NCBI GenBank assembly: GCA_016935525.1
Contig: JAFGQU010000021.1
Span: 15,028 to 79,027, forward strand
Reading direction: 5' to 3'
From: Candidatus Omnitrophota bacterium
Lineage (GTDB): Bacteria; Omnitrophota; Gorgyraeia; Duberdicusellales; 4484-171
DNA length: 64,000 bases
This document shows positions 1-8,900 of the stretch, piece after piece; the stretch's first letter is position 1, and each line of letters opens with the position of its first letter. Position numbers and translations under genes: made by a program. Under the pieces are notes generated by a model. The model saw only the letters and a program-made list of their open reading frames with translations. It did no database searches and was not told where the DNA came from.

Positions 1-56
1 TTACCGTCTTACCCGTACCGCCTTTGCCGCTGATGACGACGATCTGTTTCACACTC
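1..56 (-). CDS. MinD/ParA-superfamily P-loop ATPase, N-terminal fragment (gene continues beyond the window start)
   Basis: Reverse complement of 1..56 reads MSVKQIVVISGKGGTGKT (Walker A). The ATG overlaps the stop of the next gene by 4 nt (ATGA). Confidence 0.5.
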
Positions 57-906
57 ATTTTTTCTTCCCATCCCTAATCATCTCAAACATTGCCTGGAAC
101 CGCTCCCGATAATGAGGCAAAACCTCTACTATCGTCATCCCGCGCGAATATGCCGCTGCGATCTCCTTTTCAAACGGTATACGCATCAATACCGCGATAT
201 TTTCCTTCCGGCAGTAATCGTCCGTTTTCCTGTCACCCAAATCGGAACGGTTGATCACCACCCCAAACGGTATGGTTAATTTTCGTAACACTTCTACCGC
301 CAAAATCAAATCATTCAGCCCGAAGGGAGTAGGTTCAGTAACTAAAATACAGAAATCGCTTCCTTTAACGGATTCGATCACCGGACAGGAAGTACCCGGA
401 GGCGCGTCGATAATGTTTACCCCGGCGGGATCGATATATTTCTTTACCGCCCTGATAAGAGGAGGCGACATCGCCTGACCGATATTCAGCTTGCCGTGGA
501 TAAACTCTAAATCCCCACCCCATGAGGTACGGCTGTTTCCTGTTTCGATAACGCCGATCTCTTTATTCACTTCTGTTATCGCTTTCTGCGGGCAAAAATA
601 AGCGCACGCGCCGCAACCATGGCACAGTTCCGAAAAAACCAGCACGTCATTTTTTAATACCGCTAACGCGTTATACACGCACACCTCTTTACAGCGGCCG
701 CACCCGTTACACCTCTCCTTATCGATCTTTGGCACCGGGATAAAAACAGGGACCTTCTCTTTTATCTCCGGCTTCAGGAAAATGTGAGCATTAGGCTCCT
801 CCACATCACAGTCCAGGATCCGGGCGTGAGGGACCGACAAAGCGAGATTAGTCGCGACGGTCGTCTTCCCTGTTCCCCCTTTGCCGCTGGCAATGGAAAT
901 AATCAT
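55..906 (-). CDS. MinD/CooC-like ATPase with inserted 2x[4Fe-4S] ferredoxin domain
   Basis: 283 aa with a GKGGTGKTT Walker A and two CxxCxxCxxxCP ferredoxin motifs (CNGCGRCKEVC, CHGCGACAYFCP). Confidence 0.8.
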   Translation of the reverse strand: MIISIASGKGGTGKTTVATNLALSVPHARILDCDVEEPNAHIFLKPEIKEKVPVFIPVPKIDKERCNGCGRCKEVCVYNALAVLKNDVLVFSELCHGCGACAYFCPQKAITEVNKEIGVIETGNSRTSWGGDLEFIHGKLNIGQAMSPPLIRAVKKYIDPAGVNIIDAPPGTSCPVIESVKGSDFCILVTEPTPFGLNDLILAVEVLRKLTIPFGVVINRSDLGDRKTDDYCRKENIAVLMRIPFEKEIAAAYSRGMTIVEVLPHYRERFQAMFEMIRDGKKK

Positions 907-925
907 AAGTATGCTTTCTGTTGAC

Positions 926-1534
926 TTATATAATCGGATGAAAAGCGATTATTAAATCCTGAAACTTAGTCGCGTATTTTTCCAACCGGAACCCTTTACC
1001 GGCCAAATACGCGGCGGTATGGTTTAAATCAAACCGGCTGGCCGGATGGCGTCTTCCTTCGCTTCGATGGATCTCATCCACCAGTTTCAACCCCTCACGG
1101 TTAAAATCACTTAAAACGACCTTCCCTTCGAACGAGGTAACGCGCGCCAGCTCATCCCCCGCCGGGAAAGGATCTTCCAGATGATGAAACATATTCACGC
1201 AAAAGACGATGTCAAACTGACGGTCCTGAAACGGCAGATGCTCGGCATCGGCTATTTGAAAATTTACTTTTTCTCCCAGGCCGTAATATTCAATATTCAA
1301 TCGGGCGAACTTCTGTTCTTCTGCGGAGATATCGACACTGGTAAAACGGTACCCTTCTTTGGCCAACGCGAGGGTAAAGTACCCTTTACCGGTGCCTACT
1401 TCCAGAATATCGCCGTATAAAGGACAAGATTTATCCAGAATAAACTCCCGTTCTCTTTCGACGTCGTACCCGAAACGCTTATACAGCTCTATCCGTTCGC
1501 GATATTTTTTATGATTTTCTACCATGTATCCCAA
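926..1534 (-). CDS. class I SAM-dependent methyltransferase (type 11)
   Basis: 202 aa with LEVGTGKGYF motif I, an acidic motif II (VDIS) and a DIVFC motif. Confidence 0.75.
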   Translation of the reverse strand: MGYMVENHKKYRERIELYKRFGYDVEREREFILDKSCPLYGDILEVGTGKGYFTLALAKEGYRFTSVDISAEEQKFARLNIEYYGLGEKVNFQIADAEHLPFQDRQFDIVFCVNMFHHLEDPFPAGDELARVTSFEGKVVLSDFNREGLKLVDEIHRSEGRRHPASRFDLNHTAAYLAGKGFRLEKYATKFQDLIIAFHPII

Positions 1535-1535
1535 A

Positions 1536-1766
1536 CTACCCCCTGGTCATCTTCGTGCCGCATTTGGGGCAACTGACCGATACGCAGGGAGTTCCCGGTT
1601 GATGGGCGACATTGGCGCCGCACGCCGGACATACACAATGGCCGCCGGGGCCTCTTCCGGAAAATCCTCCTCCCATACCGCCAGAACCATTTCCCTGCCC
1701 TTTACCGAATCCTCTCCCTGTGCCCGGCCCTTGGCCGGAGGGACCTGTACCATCGCCTCTTGGCAT
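1536..1766 (-). CDS. DUF5320-family protein (Gly/Arg-rich N-terminus, C-terminal Cys4 zinc ribbon)
   Basis: The ORF track gives 1536..1817. The likely true start is the internal ATG at 1766, preceded by AGGAGG, giving MPRGDGTGPSGQGPGTGRG..., which matches the DUF5320 N-terminal signature. C-terminus reads CPACG...CPKCG. Confidence 0.6.
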   Translation of the reverse strand: MPRGDGTGPSGQGPGTGRGFGKGQGNGSGGMGGGFSGRGPGGHCVCPACGANVAHQPGTPCVSVSCPKCGTKMTRG

Positions 1767-1860
1767 TTCGCACCTCCTGATTTTTAAAAGAAAACAATGC
1801 CGGGAACGGCCCGGCACTCTCGAATAATTTTCTCAACGAAACCTTAGTATCCCGGACAAA

Positions 1861-2232
1861 TTATTTCCCCATACCGAAATGCGAATCGACGCTGGGCCCG
1901 TCCGTTGACTGGAATTTTCCGTTTTTGTATTTTTCGATTACCTCACGCACTTTGCCGGACACGCCGGTAATGATAGAAACCCCCGCCGCGTTGAGAGTTT
2001 GATAAGCGTTCGGCCCGACATTTCCGGTCAACACGGATTTGACGCCTTTTTCGGCGATAAGCTGACCGGACTGGATACCCGCCCCGCCGCTACTGTCGAT
2101 ATTGGGATTACGTACCGCTTCGCATTCACCGGATTCGGTGTCGGCGATAATAAAATACGCGCACCGTCCGAACCGCGGGTCGACCTCGGACTGAAGGTCT
2201 TCACCCCGAGACGTAATACATATTTTGCTCAT
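1861..2232 (-). CDS. NifX/NifB-type dinitrogenase FeMo-cofactor-binding family protein (Nitro_FeMo-Co fold)
   Basis: 123 aa containing RFGRCAYFII...AEKGVKSVLTGNVGPNA, typical of the NifX/NafY/DUF-type cofactor-binding family. Confidence 0.7.
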   Translation of the reverse strand: MSKICITSRGEDLQSEVDPRFGRCAYFIIADTESGECEAVRNPNIDSSGGAGIQSGQLIAEKGVKSVLTGNVGPNAYQTLNAAGVSIITGVSGKVREVIEKYKNGKFQSTDGPSVDSHFGMGK

Positions 2233-2243
2233 ACAGAAACCTC

Positions 2244-2651
2244 CTATTCGTGTTGATGATGTTTTTCATCGGGATGATCGCATTCTGTCTTTTCCACACC
2301 GTAACCTTTTCCCGCCCCCGGCCGGCAAAGGCTCTCTCCGCCGTGAAGAGTCCCGGCCATGACTTGATCAATCACCTCATCTATGTTTCCTTCGATCCCC
2401 ATTATTGTTTCGATACCGCTTTCTTCGAACAACATCTGAGCTCTCTGTCCCATTCCTCCGGCAATAATAGCTCTTACGCCTTTCCCTTTTAAAAACATCG
2501 GCAAAAAGCCGGGGTGATGTCCCGGGTTATCGATGACCTCTTTACTCACGATCGAATCTCCCTCGACATCGACAATCGTAAACGAAGGACATCGGCCGAA
2601 ATGGGCCGATACCAGATTACCGTCAGCTGAAATCGCTATTTTCAAAACCAC
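2244..2651 (-). CDS. NifX-like FeMo-co-binding family protein with His-rich C-terminal tail
   Basis: 135 aa containing HFGRCPSFTIVD...VRAIIAGGMGQRA and a C-terminus CDHPDEKHHQHE. Confidence 0.7.
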   Translation of the reverse strand: MVLKIAISADGNLVSAHFGRCPSFTIVDVEGDSIVSKEVIDNPGHHPGFLPMFLKGKGVRAIIAGGMGQRAQMLFEESGIETIMGIEGNIDEVIDQVMAGTLHGGESLCRPGAGKGYGVEKTECDHPDEKHHQHE

Positions 2652-2783
2652 ACCTCCTTAAATCTCCCGACGAACGTTGGAAGATTGAAAAATATTATTG
2701 TGAAACAGGCGGGAATAAAAACTTCACCTTCACATCGTTTTTCGATTGTATCCGGCCGCTCTATTCCCGCCTATCTCTTCCCG

Positions 2784-3155
2784 TTACTCATTGTCTTGCG
2801 ACGCCGCATTCGCTTCCAAATCTTTTATACGCTGATTGATCGCGGCTATCTCTTCCTGCATCGCCCGAGCTTCCTCTTTCAACGCTTTTGCTTCATCCTG
2901 CGCGGATACAGTCGATCTCGCATACGGATTGGCGTAAGGAACGCCATACCCGTAGGGAGACGCCCAGCGCCAGCCGAACCCGCGGCCGAATCCCCGGCCC
3001 CAGCCCCGGCCCCTACCGAATCCACGGCCATATCCGCCGCCGCGGCCGCCGACCGGATTCATGGAGCCCGGCACCGGAAACCCTGCGCAATAACCCGCGC
3101 CGCGTCCGGTCATCGGACCTGCTCCTAAAGGACCTGTTCTATCACCACCTGGCAT
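2784..3155 (-). CDS. DUF5320-family protein (RGG/FGRG-repeat region plus C-terminal coiled coil)
   Basis: The ORF track gives 2784..3164. An RBS AGGAGG lies 8 nt upstream of the ATG at 3155, giving MPGGDRTGPLGAGPMTGRGAGYC.... An RG/RGF-repeat block is followed by a coiled-coil tail. Confidence 0.6.
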   Translation of the reverse strand: MPGGDRTGPLGAGPMTGRGAGYCAGFPVPGSMNPVGGRGGGYGRGFGRGRGWGRGFGRGFGWRWASPYGYGVPYANPYARSTVSAQDEAKALKEEARAMQEEIAAINQRIKDLEANAASQDNE

Positions 3156-3214
3156 CTTACTCACCTCCTTTCTTATTGTAAATGGGACTCATTCTCATTA
3201 ATAAATAAAAAAAA

Positions 3215-3691
3215 TTATTCCCTGTCTTTACACTGTTCGCATAGCCCGTAAAACTGTAAGATATGTTTCATGATTTTAAAATTATATTTCTTCGCAAGAC
3301 CTTTTTCCGTTCTCTTTAACAACTCCACTTCATCGTCGATAAAATCGGTATAATTAATGACCCTCTGGCAACGAAGGCATACCAGGTGATGGTGATGGTC
3401 TTCTTTATCCTCTTTACTCCTTTGCAACTCATATCTGGCCCGTCCGTCGCCAAAATCAAACTTATGGACCATCTGCAACTGGACCAGCAGCTCTAAGGTA
3501 CGGTATACGGTAGACATCCCGCTGGAAGGATGGATTTTATGGACTCTATGGTATATCTCTTCGGCGCTTAAATGTTCCCCGGTCCTGCTTAACACCGCCA
3601 AAATAGCCTGGCGGGACAGGGTAAGCCGGTAACCATACCCTTTAAATCGGCCCTGACACCAGCCCGCTCTTTTTGTAAAGTTATCCGGCAT
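3215..3691 (-). CDS. Fur-family metalloregulator (Fur/Zur/PerR type)
   Basis: 158 aa with an HTH, an HHHH...CxxC metal site (EDHHHHLVCLRCQRV) and a C-terminal CEQC. Confidence 0.8.
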   Translation of the reverse strand: MPDNFTKRAGWCQGRFKGYGYRLTLSRQAILAVLSRTGEHLSAEEIYHRVHKIHPSSGMSTVYRTLELLVQLQMVHKFDFGDGRARYELQRSKEDKEDHHHHLVCLRCQRVINYTDFIDDEVELLKRTEKGLAKKYNFKIMKHILQFYGLCEQCKDRE

Positions 3692-3715
3692 ATGCCTCCT
3701 TATTAGGAATGATTC

Positions 3716-3778
3716 CCACTACCATTTATAGTGTACAACATTCCCGGTTTTTTGTCAAATTTATTTCTGGGGCGTTCC
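3716..3778 (-). promoter_or_regulatory. Putative sigma70 promoter of the fur-led operon with a Fur-box-like palindrome
   Basis: On the minus strand: TTGACA (3763..3768), a 17-nt spacer, TACACT (3740..3745), then the inverted repeat GGAATcATTCC (3716..3726) between the -10 and the RBS. Confidence 0.45.
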
Positions 3779-3821
3779 GCGTTGTCCCGTTGGCATACGC
3801 AGATGATCGCAGATAAGAAAA

Positions 3822-3985
3822 TCTGTACAGTCTACAGTCCATGGACTATCGACCATCGACTATACTCTATCGACTAATCACGCATCCCGTTTTCTCTCTA
3901 ACCGCTATCCGCTAAACGCTATTCACTATTCAACGGGATAACGGGCAAACAGGTTCACCTGACTACTGACTATCGACCAGAGGCT
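3822..3985. repeat. Heptanucleotide-periodic tandem repeat array (GTCTACA/GACTATC/NNCGCTA units)
   Basis: Direct reading shows a 7-nt period: ctgtaca gtctaca gtccatg gactatc gaccatc gactata ..., then accgcta tccgcta aacgcta, then gactact gactatc. Confidence 0.8.
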
Positions 3986-4045
3986 TATTAAGGTGATCCC
4001 GTTAAGACCCGTTCAAGGATAGGGTAACGGTGAGATAGATAGGTA

Positions 4046-4243
4046 TCAAGCAGCGATTTTCCGCACTTTCCCATCTTGCCAGACAGAAATCAATCGTCCG
4101 TTTTTTTTGTGCCGTTCAACAACTTTTTTCACTGCTTTTTTTAAAGCAACCTCTGCTTTATCATGAAGGCTCATACGTTTTTTCATATTTCCACTCCAGT
4201 CTTGTTTATTATTTTCTTCAACAAAGGCATATCTTTCTTGCAT
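4046..4243 (-). CDS. Small basic hypothetical protein, possible partner of the upstream P-loop kinase
   Basis: 65-aa ORF overlapping the 3' end of the zeta-like gene. A more likely start is an internal Met (MKKRMSLHDK...). Confidence 0.25.
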   Translation of the reverse strand: MQERYAFVEENNKQDWSGNMKKRMSLHDKAEVALKKAVKKVVERHKKNGRLISVWQDGKVRKIAA

Positions 4244-4809
4244 ATTTTGTTGTGTTCCATTTTTGCGATCACTTTTGGTTTAATCCCCGAATTATCAAAT
4301 AAGATCCAGGAATCTGACATTTTAATATACACGTGAAAAAAGTTATGGATACTTCTACCGAAACGTCTTTTTATATCGACAACAGGGACATCATGGCCGC
4401 CTTCCGCGACCCTATTTTTAATACGGGCCACAGCTAATTGGGGATCAGGGAGCCATAAAAAGAAAAGATGCAATTGATATCCTTCTTCTTTTAAATTCTG
4501 AAAATGCCTTAGGTAAGTTTTACCGGCAAGCGTCGTCTCAAAACCGAAATCGATCTTCCTCTTCACCATCTCTTTAATCTGGTCCAAAACAAGTTTCCCG
4601 GCTTTGATTGCTACTTGTTGGGGCGAAAATGGAGATAATCCTTGGGCAATAAGATCAGCATTCACAAAATGAGGGCAATGAGCATAATTTGGCAGAAATT
4701 CCTTAGCAAACGTCGTCTTCCCCGACCCGTTGGGGCCGGCTATTATGTACACATTATTTTCCCTTTTCACGGAAATATTATATCGTGTGAGAGGATATTG
4801 GCAAATCAA
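4183..4809 (-). CDS. Zeta-toxin/AAA_33-like P-loop kinase
   Basis: 208 aa with Walker A GPNGSGKTTF, of size and type seen in the zeta-toxin/UNAG-kinase family. Confidence 0.5.
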   Translation of the reverse strand: MICQYPLTRYNISVKRENNVYIIAGPNGSGKTTFAKEFLPNYAHCPHFVNADLIAQGLSPFSPQQVAIKAGKLVLDQIKEMVKRKIDFGFETTLAGKTYLRHFQNLKEEGYQLHLFFLWLPDPQLAVARIKNRVAEGGHDVPVVDIKRRFGRSIHNFFHVYIKMSDSWILFDNSGIKPKVIAKMEHNKICKKDMPLLKKIINKTGVEI

Positions 4810-4841
4810 ATGAACCAGATGACAACCTACGTATCCACCAT

Positions 4842-4949
4842 CTACAGTCTCTGGTCTACGGTCTATGGTCTACGGTCTACGGTCTATGGTCTACGGTCTA
4901 TGGTCTATTGACTACTGACTATCGACCATCAACTATCGACTATCGACGT
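4842..4949. repeat. Heptanucleotide tandem repeat array (YGGTCTA)n followed by (GACTATC)n
   Basis: Reads tctacag tctctgg tctacgg tctatgg tctacgg tctacgg tctatgg ... then gactact gactatc gaccatc aactatc gactatc. Confidence 0.85.
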
Positions 4950-4954
4950 ACCCA

Positions 4955-5923
4955 TCATATCGCTTCGATCGTTGACGGCGGTTTAGTGGCGATATTGTAC
5001 GTGACGCTCACTACCCCGGGAACAGCTTTCAGTATCCGTTGCGCCAATGTTTCCAGCGTCTCATACGGCAGACGGGTAGGGTGCGCCTGACGGGCATCGA
5101 CACTATCCCAACAGCGTATCTCTATCTGCAACCCAAAATCACGTTTATTATCACGCATACCTGTCACGCGGTCCTGATGCAAAATCGCCATATACTGAAA
5201 CGCGCCGCATCCGGCAAGTTCTTCTTCCACGATCACGGTTGCCGCGCGTACAGTAGCGATTCTCTCCCGCGTCGCTTCACCGATCACCCGGGCCGAAAGC
5301 GCCGGGCCGGGAAACGGCATCCGATGATATATCTCTTCCGGTAACCCTACCCCTTGCGCTACTTTTCTCACTCCATCTTTACGTAACTGGACCAGCGGTT
5401 CGATGATCTTGTACCCGAACGCGGCTTGAGGGTCGATCCCCAACTGTTCAAACACGTTATGTTGCCGTTTGATCCCGGCGATAGTTTCATCGATATCGGT
5501 AAGGATAGTCCCCTGCAAAAGATATTGTGCGCCGCTTGACTTTACCAGACGGCCGAATACTTTTTTATAAAAAGTCTGGGTGATCGCTTCTCTTTTTTCT
5601 TCCGGATCGGTGACTCCTTTTAACGCTGAAAAAAACTCATCCTGAGCGTCGATGATCTCTACATTCACCCCCATCTTTTTGAAAATCGCGACAATCCGTT
5701 CCGGTTCACCTTCCCGCATGATCCCGTTATCGATAAAATACGTGTGAAGCCTGTCGCCCAACGCCCGGTGCCCCAGCATCGTCACTGCCGAAGAATCTAC
5801 TCCTCCCGACAACGCGTTAATTGCCAGGCCGTCGCCTACGGTCCGGGAGATTTCCTTTACTTTTTCTTCTACGAACTGTACTACGTTCAGATCCTTTACG
5901 GTGATCTCTTTCGTCATGGTCAT
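4955..5923 (-). CDS. guaA: GMP synthase ATP-pyrophosphatase subunit (GuaA subunit-B-like; no glutamine amidotransferase domain)
   Basis: 322 aa with the PP-loop SGGVDSS. The C-terminal dimerisation region ends KPPSTIEAI, and the internal stretch LPEEIYHRMPFPGP is typical of GMP synthase. Confidence 0.8.
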   Translation of the reverse strand: MTMTKEITVKDLNVVQFVEEKVKEISRTVGDGLAINALSGGVDSSAVTMLGHRALGDRLHTYFIDNGIMREGEPERIVAIFKKMGVNVEIIDAQDEFFSALKGVTDPEEKREAITQTFYKKVFGRLVKSSGAQYLLQGTILTDIDETIAGIKRQHNVFEQLGIDPQAAFGYKIIEPLVQLRKDGVRKVAQGVGLPEEIYHRMPFPGPALSARVIGEATRERIATVRAATVIVEEELAGCGAFQYMAILHQDRVTGMRDNKRDFGLQIEIRCWDSVDARQAHPTRLPYETLETLAQRILKAVPGVVSVTYNIATKPPSTIEAI

Positions 5924-5938
5924 GGGTTTCCTCCTTTG

Positions 5939-8900
5939 TTATGAACCAACGGAAGTGGCGATCTCCCCTTTGCTTAACCATTTATGGTATTCCTGTAACG
6001 ATACCGGCTCGCTGTCGCCGCGCATACTCGCTTCGATCCCGTCTACCGTAGCGCGGGCCGCGGCCATAGTCGTGATATAAGGGACTTTATGCTGGATAGC
6101 CATCATCCGGATATAACTGTCGTCATATTTCCCTTCCCTGCCGATAGGCGTATTGATGACCAGATTGATCTGTTTATTTTTAATGACATCGACGATATTG
6201 GGCCGGCCTTCGTGGATCTTTTTGATCGGCTCGGTCTCCACACCGTGTTCCTGCAAAAACCGGCAGGTATTTTCGGTCGCGTACACATGGAATCCCAGCT
6301 CTTTTAACCGCCACGCGACCGGAAGCAATTCCGGTTTATCTTTATCGCTTACCGTCACCAGCACATTCCCTTCCCGGGGAAGCCGGGTCCCGGCCGCTTC
6401 CTGCGCTTTATAAAATGCCACGCCAAAACTCTTATCAATCCCCATCACCTCGCCGGTCGCGCGCATTTCCGGCCCGAGCACCGGATCGACCTCAGGGAAC
6501 ATGGAGAACGGAAATACCGCCTCTTTCACTCCGACAAAAGGGATCTTTTTCTCGATCAATTCGGGAAAACTTTTCAGTTTTTTGCCCATCATCAGTAACG
6601 TCGCGATCCGGGCGATAGGGATTCCCGTCACTTTCGATACATAAGGCACCGTACGCGACGCCCGCGGGTTCGCTTCCAGAACATACACTTTCCCTTCACA
6701 GATCGCGAACTGGATGTTCATCAATCCGACGACCTTCAGTTCCCGGGCGATCTTGATCGCGTATTCTTTTATTGTTTCCAGCTGTTGCGGCGTGATGTTC
6801 CGCGGAGGGACCCGGCAGGCCGAATCGCCCGAATGGATCCCGGCATGTTCGATATGTTCCATCACTGCCGCCAGATAGATATCTTCACCGTCGGAAAGCG
6901 CGTCGACTTCGGCTTCGATCGCGTTTTCTAAAAACCGGTCGACCAGCATCGGATGTTCCGGACTCAACTCGATCGCCTCTTCGACATATTTTTTCAGCAT
7001 CGATTCGTCAAAAATGATCTCCATCCCTCTTCCGCCGAGCACGAACGAAGGACGCACCATTAACGGATACCCGATCCGGCCGGCGATCTGGACCGCTTCT
7101 TTTAACGACCGGGCCGTACCGCCTTCGGTCTGGACGATCCCCATCTTTTCCATTTTAAGGCGAAACAATTGCCGGTCTTCGGCAAACGCGATGCTTTCCG
7201 GGCTCGTTCCCAAAATGTATACCCCGTTTTTTTCCAACTCCTGGGCGATATTCAAAGGAGTCTGCCCGCCGAACTGGACGATGACCCCTTGCGGTTTTTC
7301 TTTTTCATAAATCGCCAGCACATCTTCTACGGTAAGCGGTTCGAAATAGAGTTTATCGGACGTATCGTAATCGGTCGAAACCGTCTCGGGGTTACAGTTG
7401 ACCATGATCGTTTCATACCCTTCATCGCGTAACGCGAACGCCGCGTGAACACAGGTATAATCGAATTCGATCCCCTGGCCGATACGGTTCGGCCCGCCGC
7501 CGAGGATCATGATCTTTTTATGGTCCGATACCGGGACCTGGTCTTCTCCCGGGCTATACGTAGAATAATAGTATGCCGCGTTTTCCACTCCGCTGACCGG
7601 CACGGCCTCATATCGGGCGTTCCCCATCAACTTCACCCGCCGGCTGCGCACCTGCGATTCTTTGACTTTATACAATCGGGCGAGATATGTATCGCCGACC
7701 CCCCATTGTTTCGCTTTGACCAGGAGTTCATCCGGCAATTTGTTCCAGGGATATTTCAGGAATTCCTCTTCAAAATCGACCAGCTCTTTCATCTGGCCGA
7801 TAAACCATCGGCCGATATACGTGAGCTGATACAGTTCTTCTATCGTCATCCCTTTCCGTAACGCTTCATACATCAAAAATACCCGTTCGCTGGAAGGAAA
7901 CGTCAACCGGCTACGCAATTCATCAAGGCTCAATGACGCGAAACTCCTGGCAAACCCTAACCCGTACCGGGAGATCTCCAGCGACCGGATCGCTTTTTGC
8001 AGCCCTTCTTTAAACGTTTTACCGATACTCATCACCTCACCCACCGCTTTCATCTGAGTACCGAGGATATCTTTCGCCTGAGGAAATTTTTCAAACGCCC
8101 ACCGGGCGAATTTCACTACCACATATTCCCCGCTCGGCGAGTATTTCTCCAGCGTCCCCTCTTTCCAATACGGGATCTCATCCATAGTAAGCCCCGCGGC
8201 AAGTTTGGTAGAAATCCGGGCGATCGGGAATCCCGTCGCCTTTGACGCGAGCGCCGACGACCGTGACGTACGCGGATTGATCTCGATGACGACTAACCGG
8301 TCGTCTACGAGATTATGGGCGAACTGGATGTTCGTACCGCCGACCACACCGATCGCGTCCACGATCTTATAAGAATACTCCTGCATCAATTTCTGCAGTT
8401 TCTCCGGGACCGTCAACATCGGCGCGACACAAAAACTGTCGCCGGTATGGACGCCCATCGCATCGACATTCTCGATAAAACATACGGTGATCTTCTGATT
8501 TTTCTCGTCACGTACGACTTCCAGTTCAAGTTCTTCCCACCCCAGCACCGACTCTTCGATCAATACCTGATGGATAAGGCTTGCCGCGAGTCCCCGCGTC
8601 ACGATCACGGCAAGTTCTTCACGATTATACGCGATCCCCCCTCCGGTCCCGCCCATGGTATATGCCGGCCGGATCACGACCGGATATTTCAATTGTTCGG
8701 CAACCGTTTCAGCCTCTTCGACCGAATGGGCTATTTCCGATTGCGGTAACGCGATCCCCAGTGTACGCATCGTCTCTTTAAACGCGAGACGGTCTTCACC
8801 CCGTTCGATCGCGTCAGCCTGGACCCCGATGATCTTCACCTTATATTTTTCCAACACCCCGTGCTTATATAATGTCGAAGAAAGGTTAAGGCCGGTCTGT

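Noticed and set aside
1524-1827. Pro-rich plus-strand ORFs (1524..1787, 1612..1827) and 2685..3181 plus-strand ORFs
   Set aside because: They are antisense to the Gly/Arg-rich DUF5320 genes. GGN/CGN codon tracts read as CCN (Pro) on the opposite strand.
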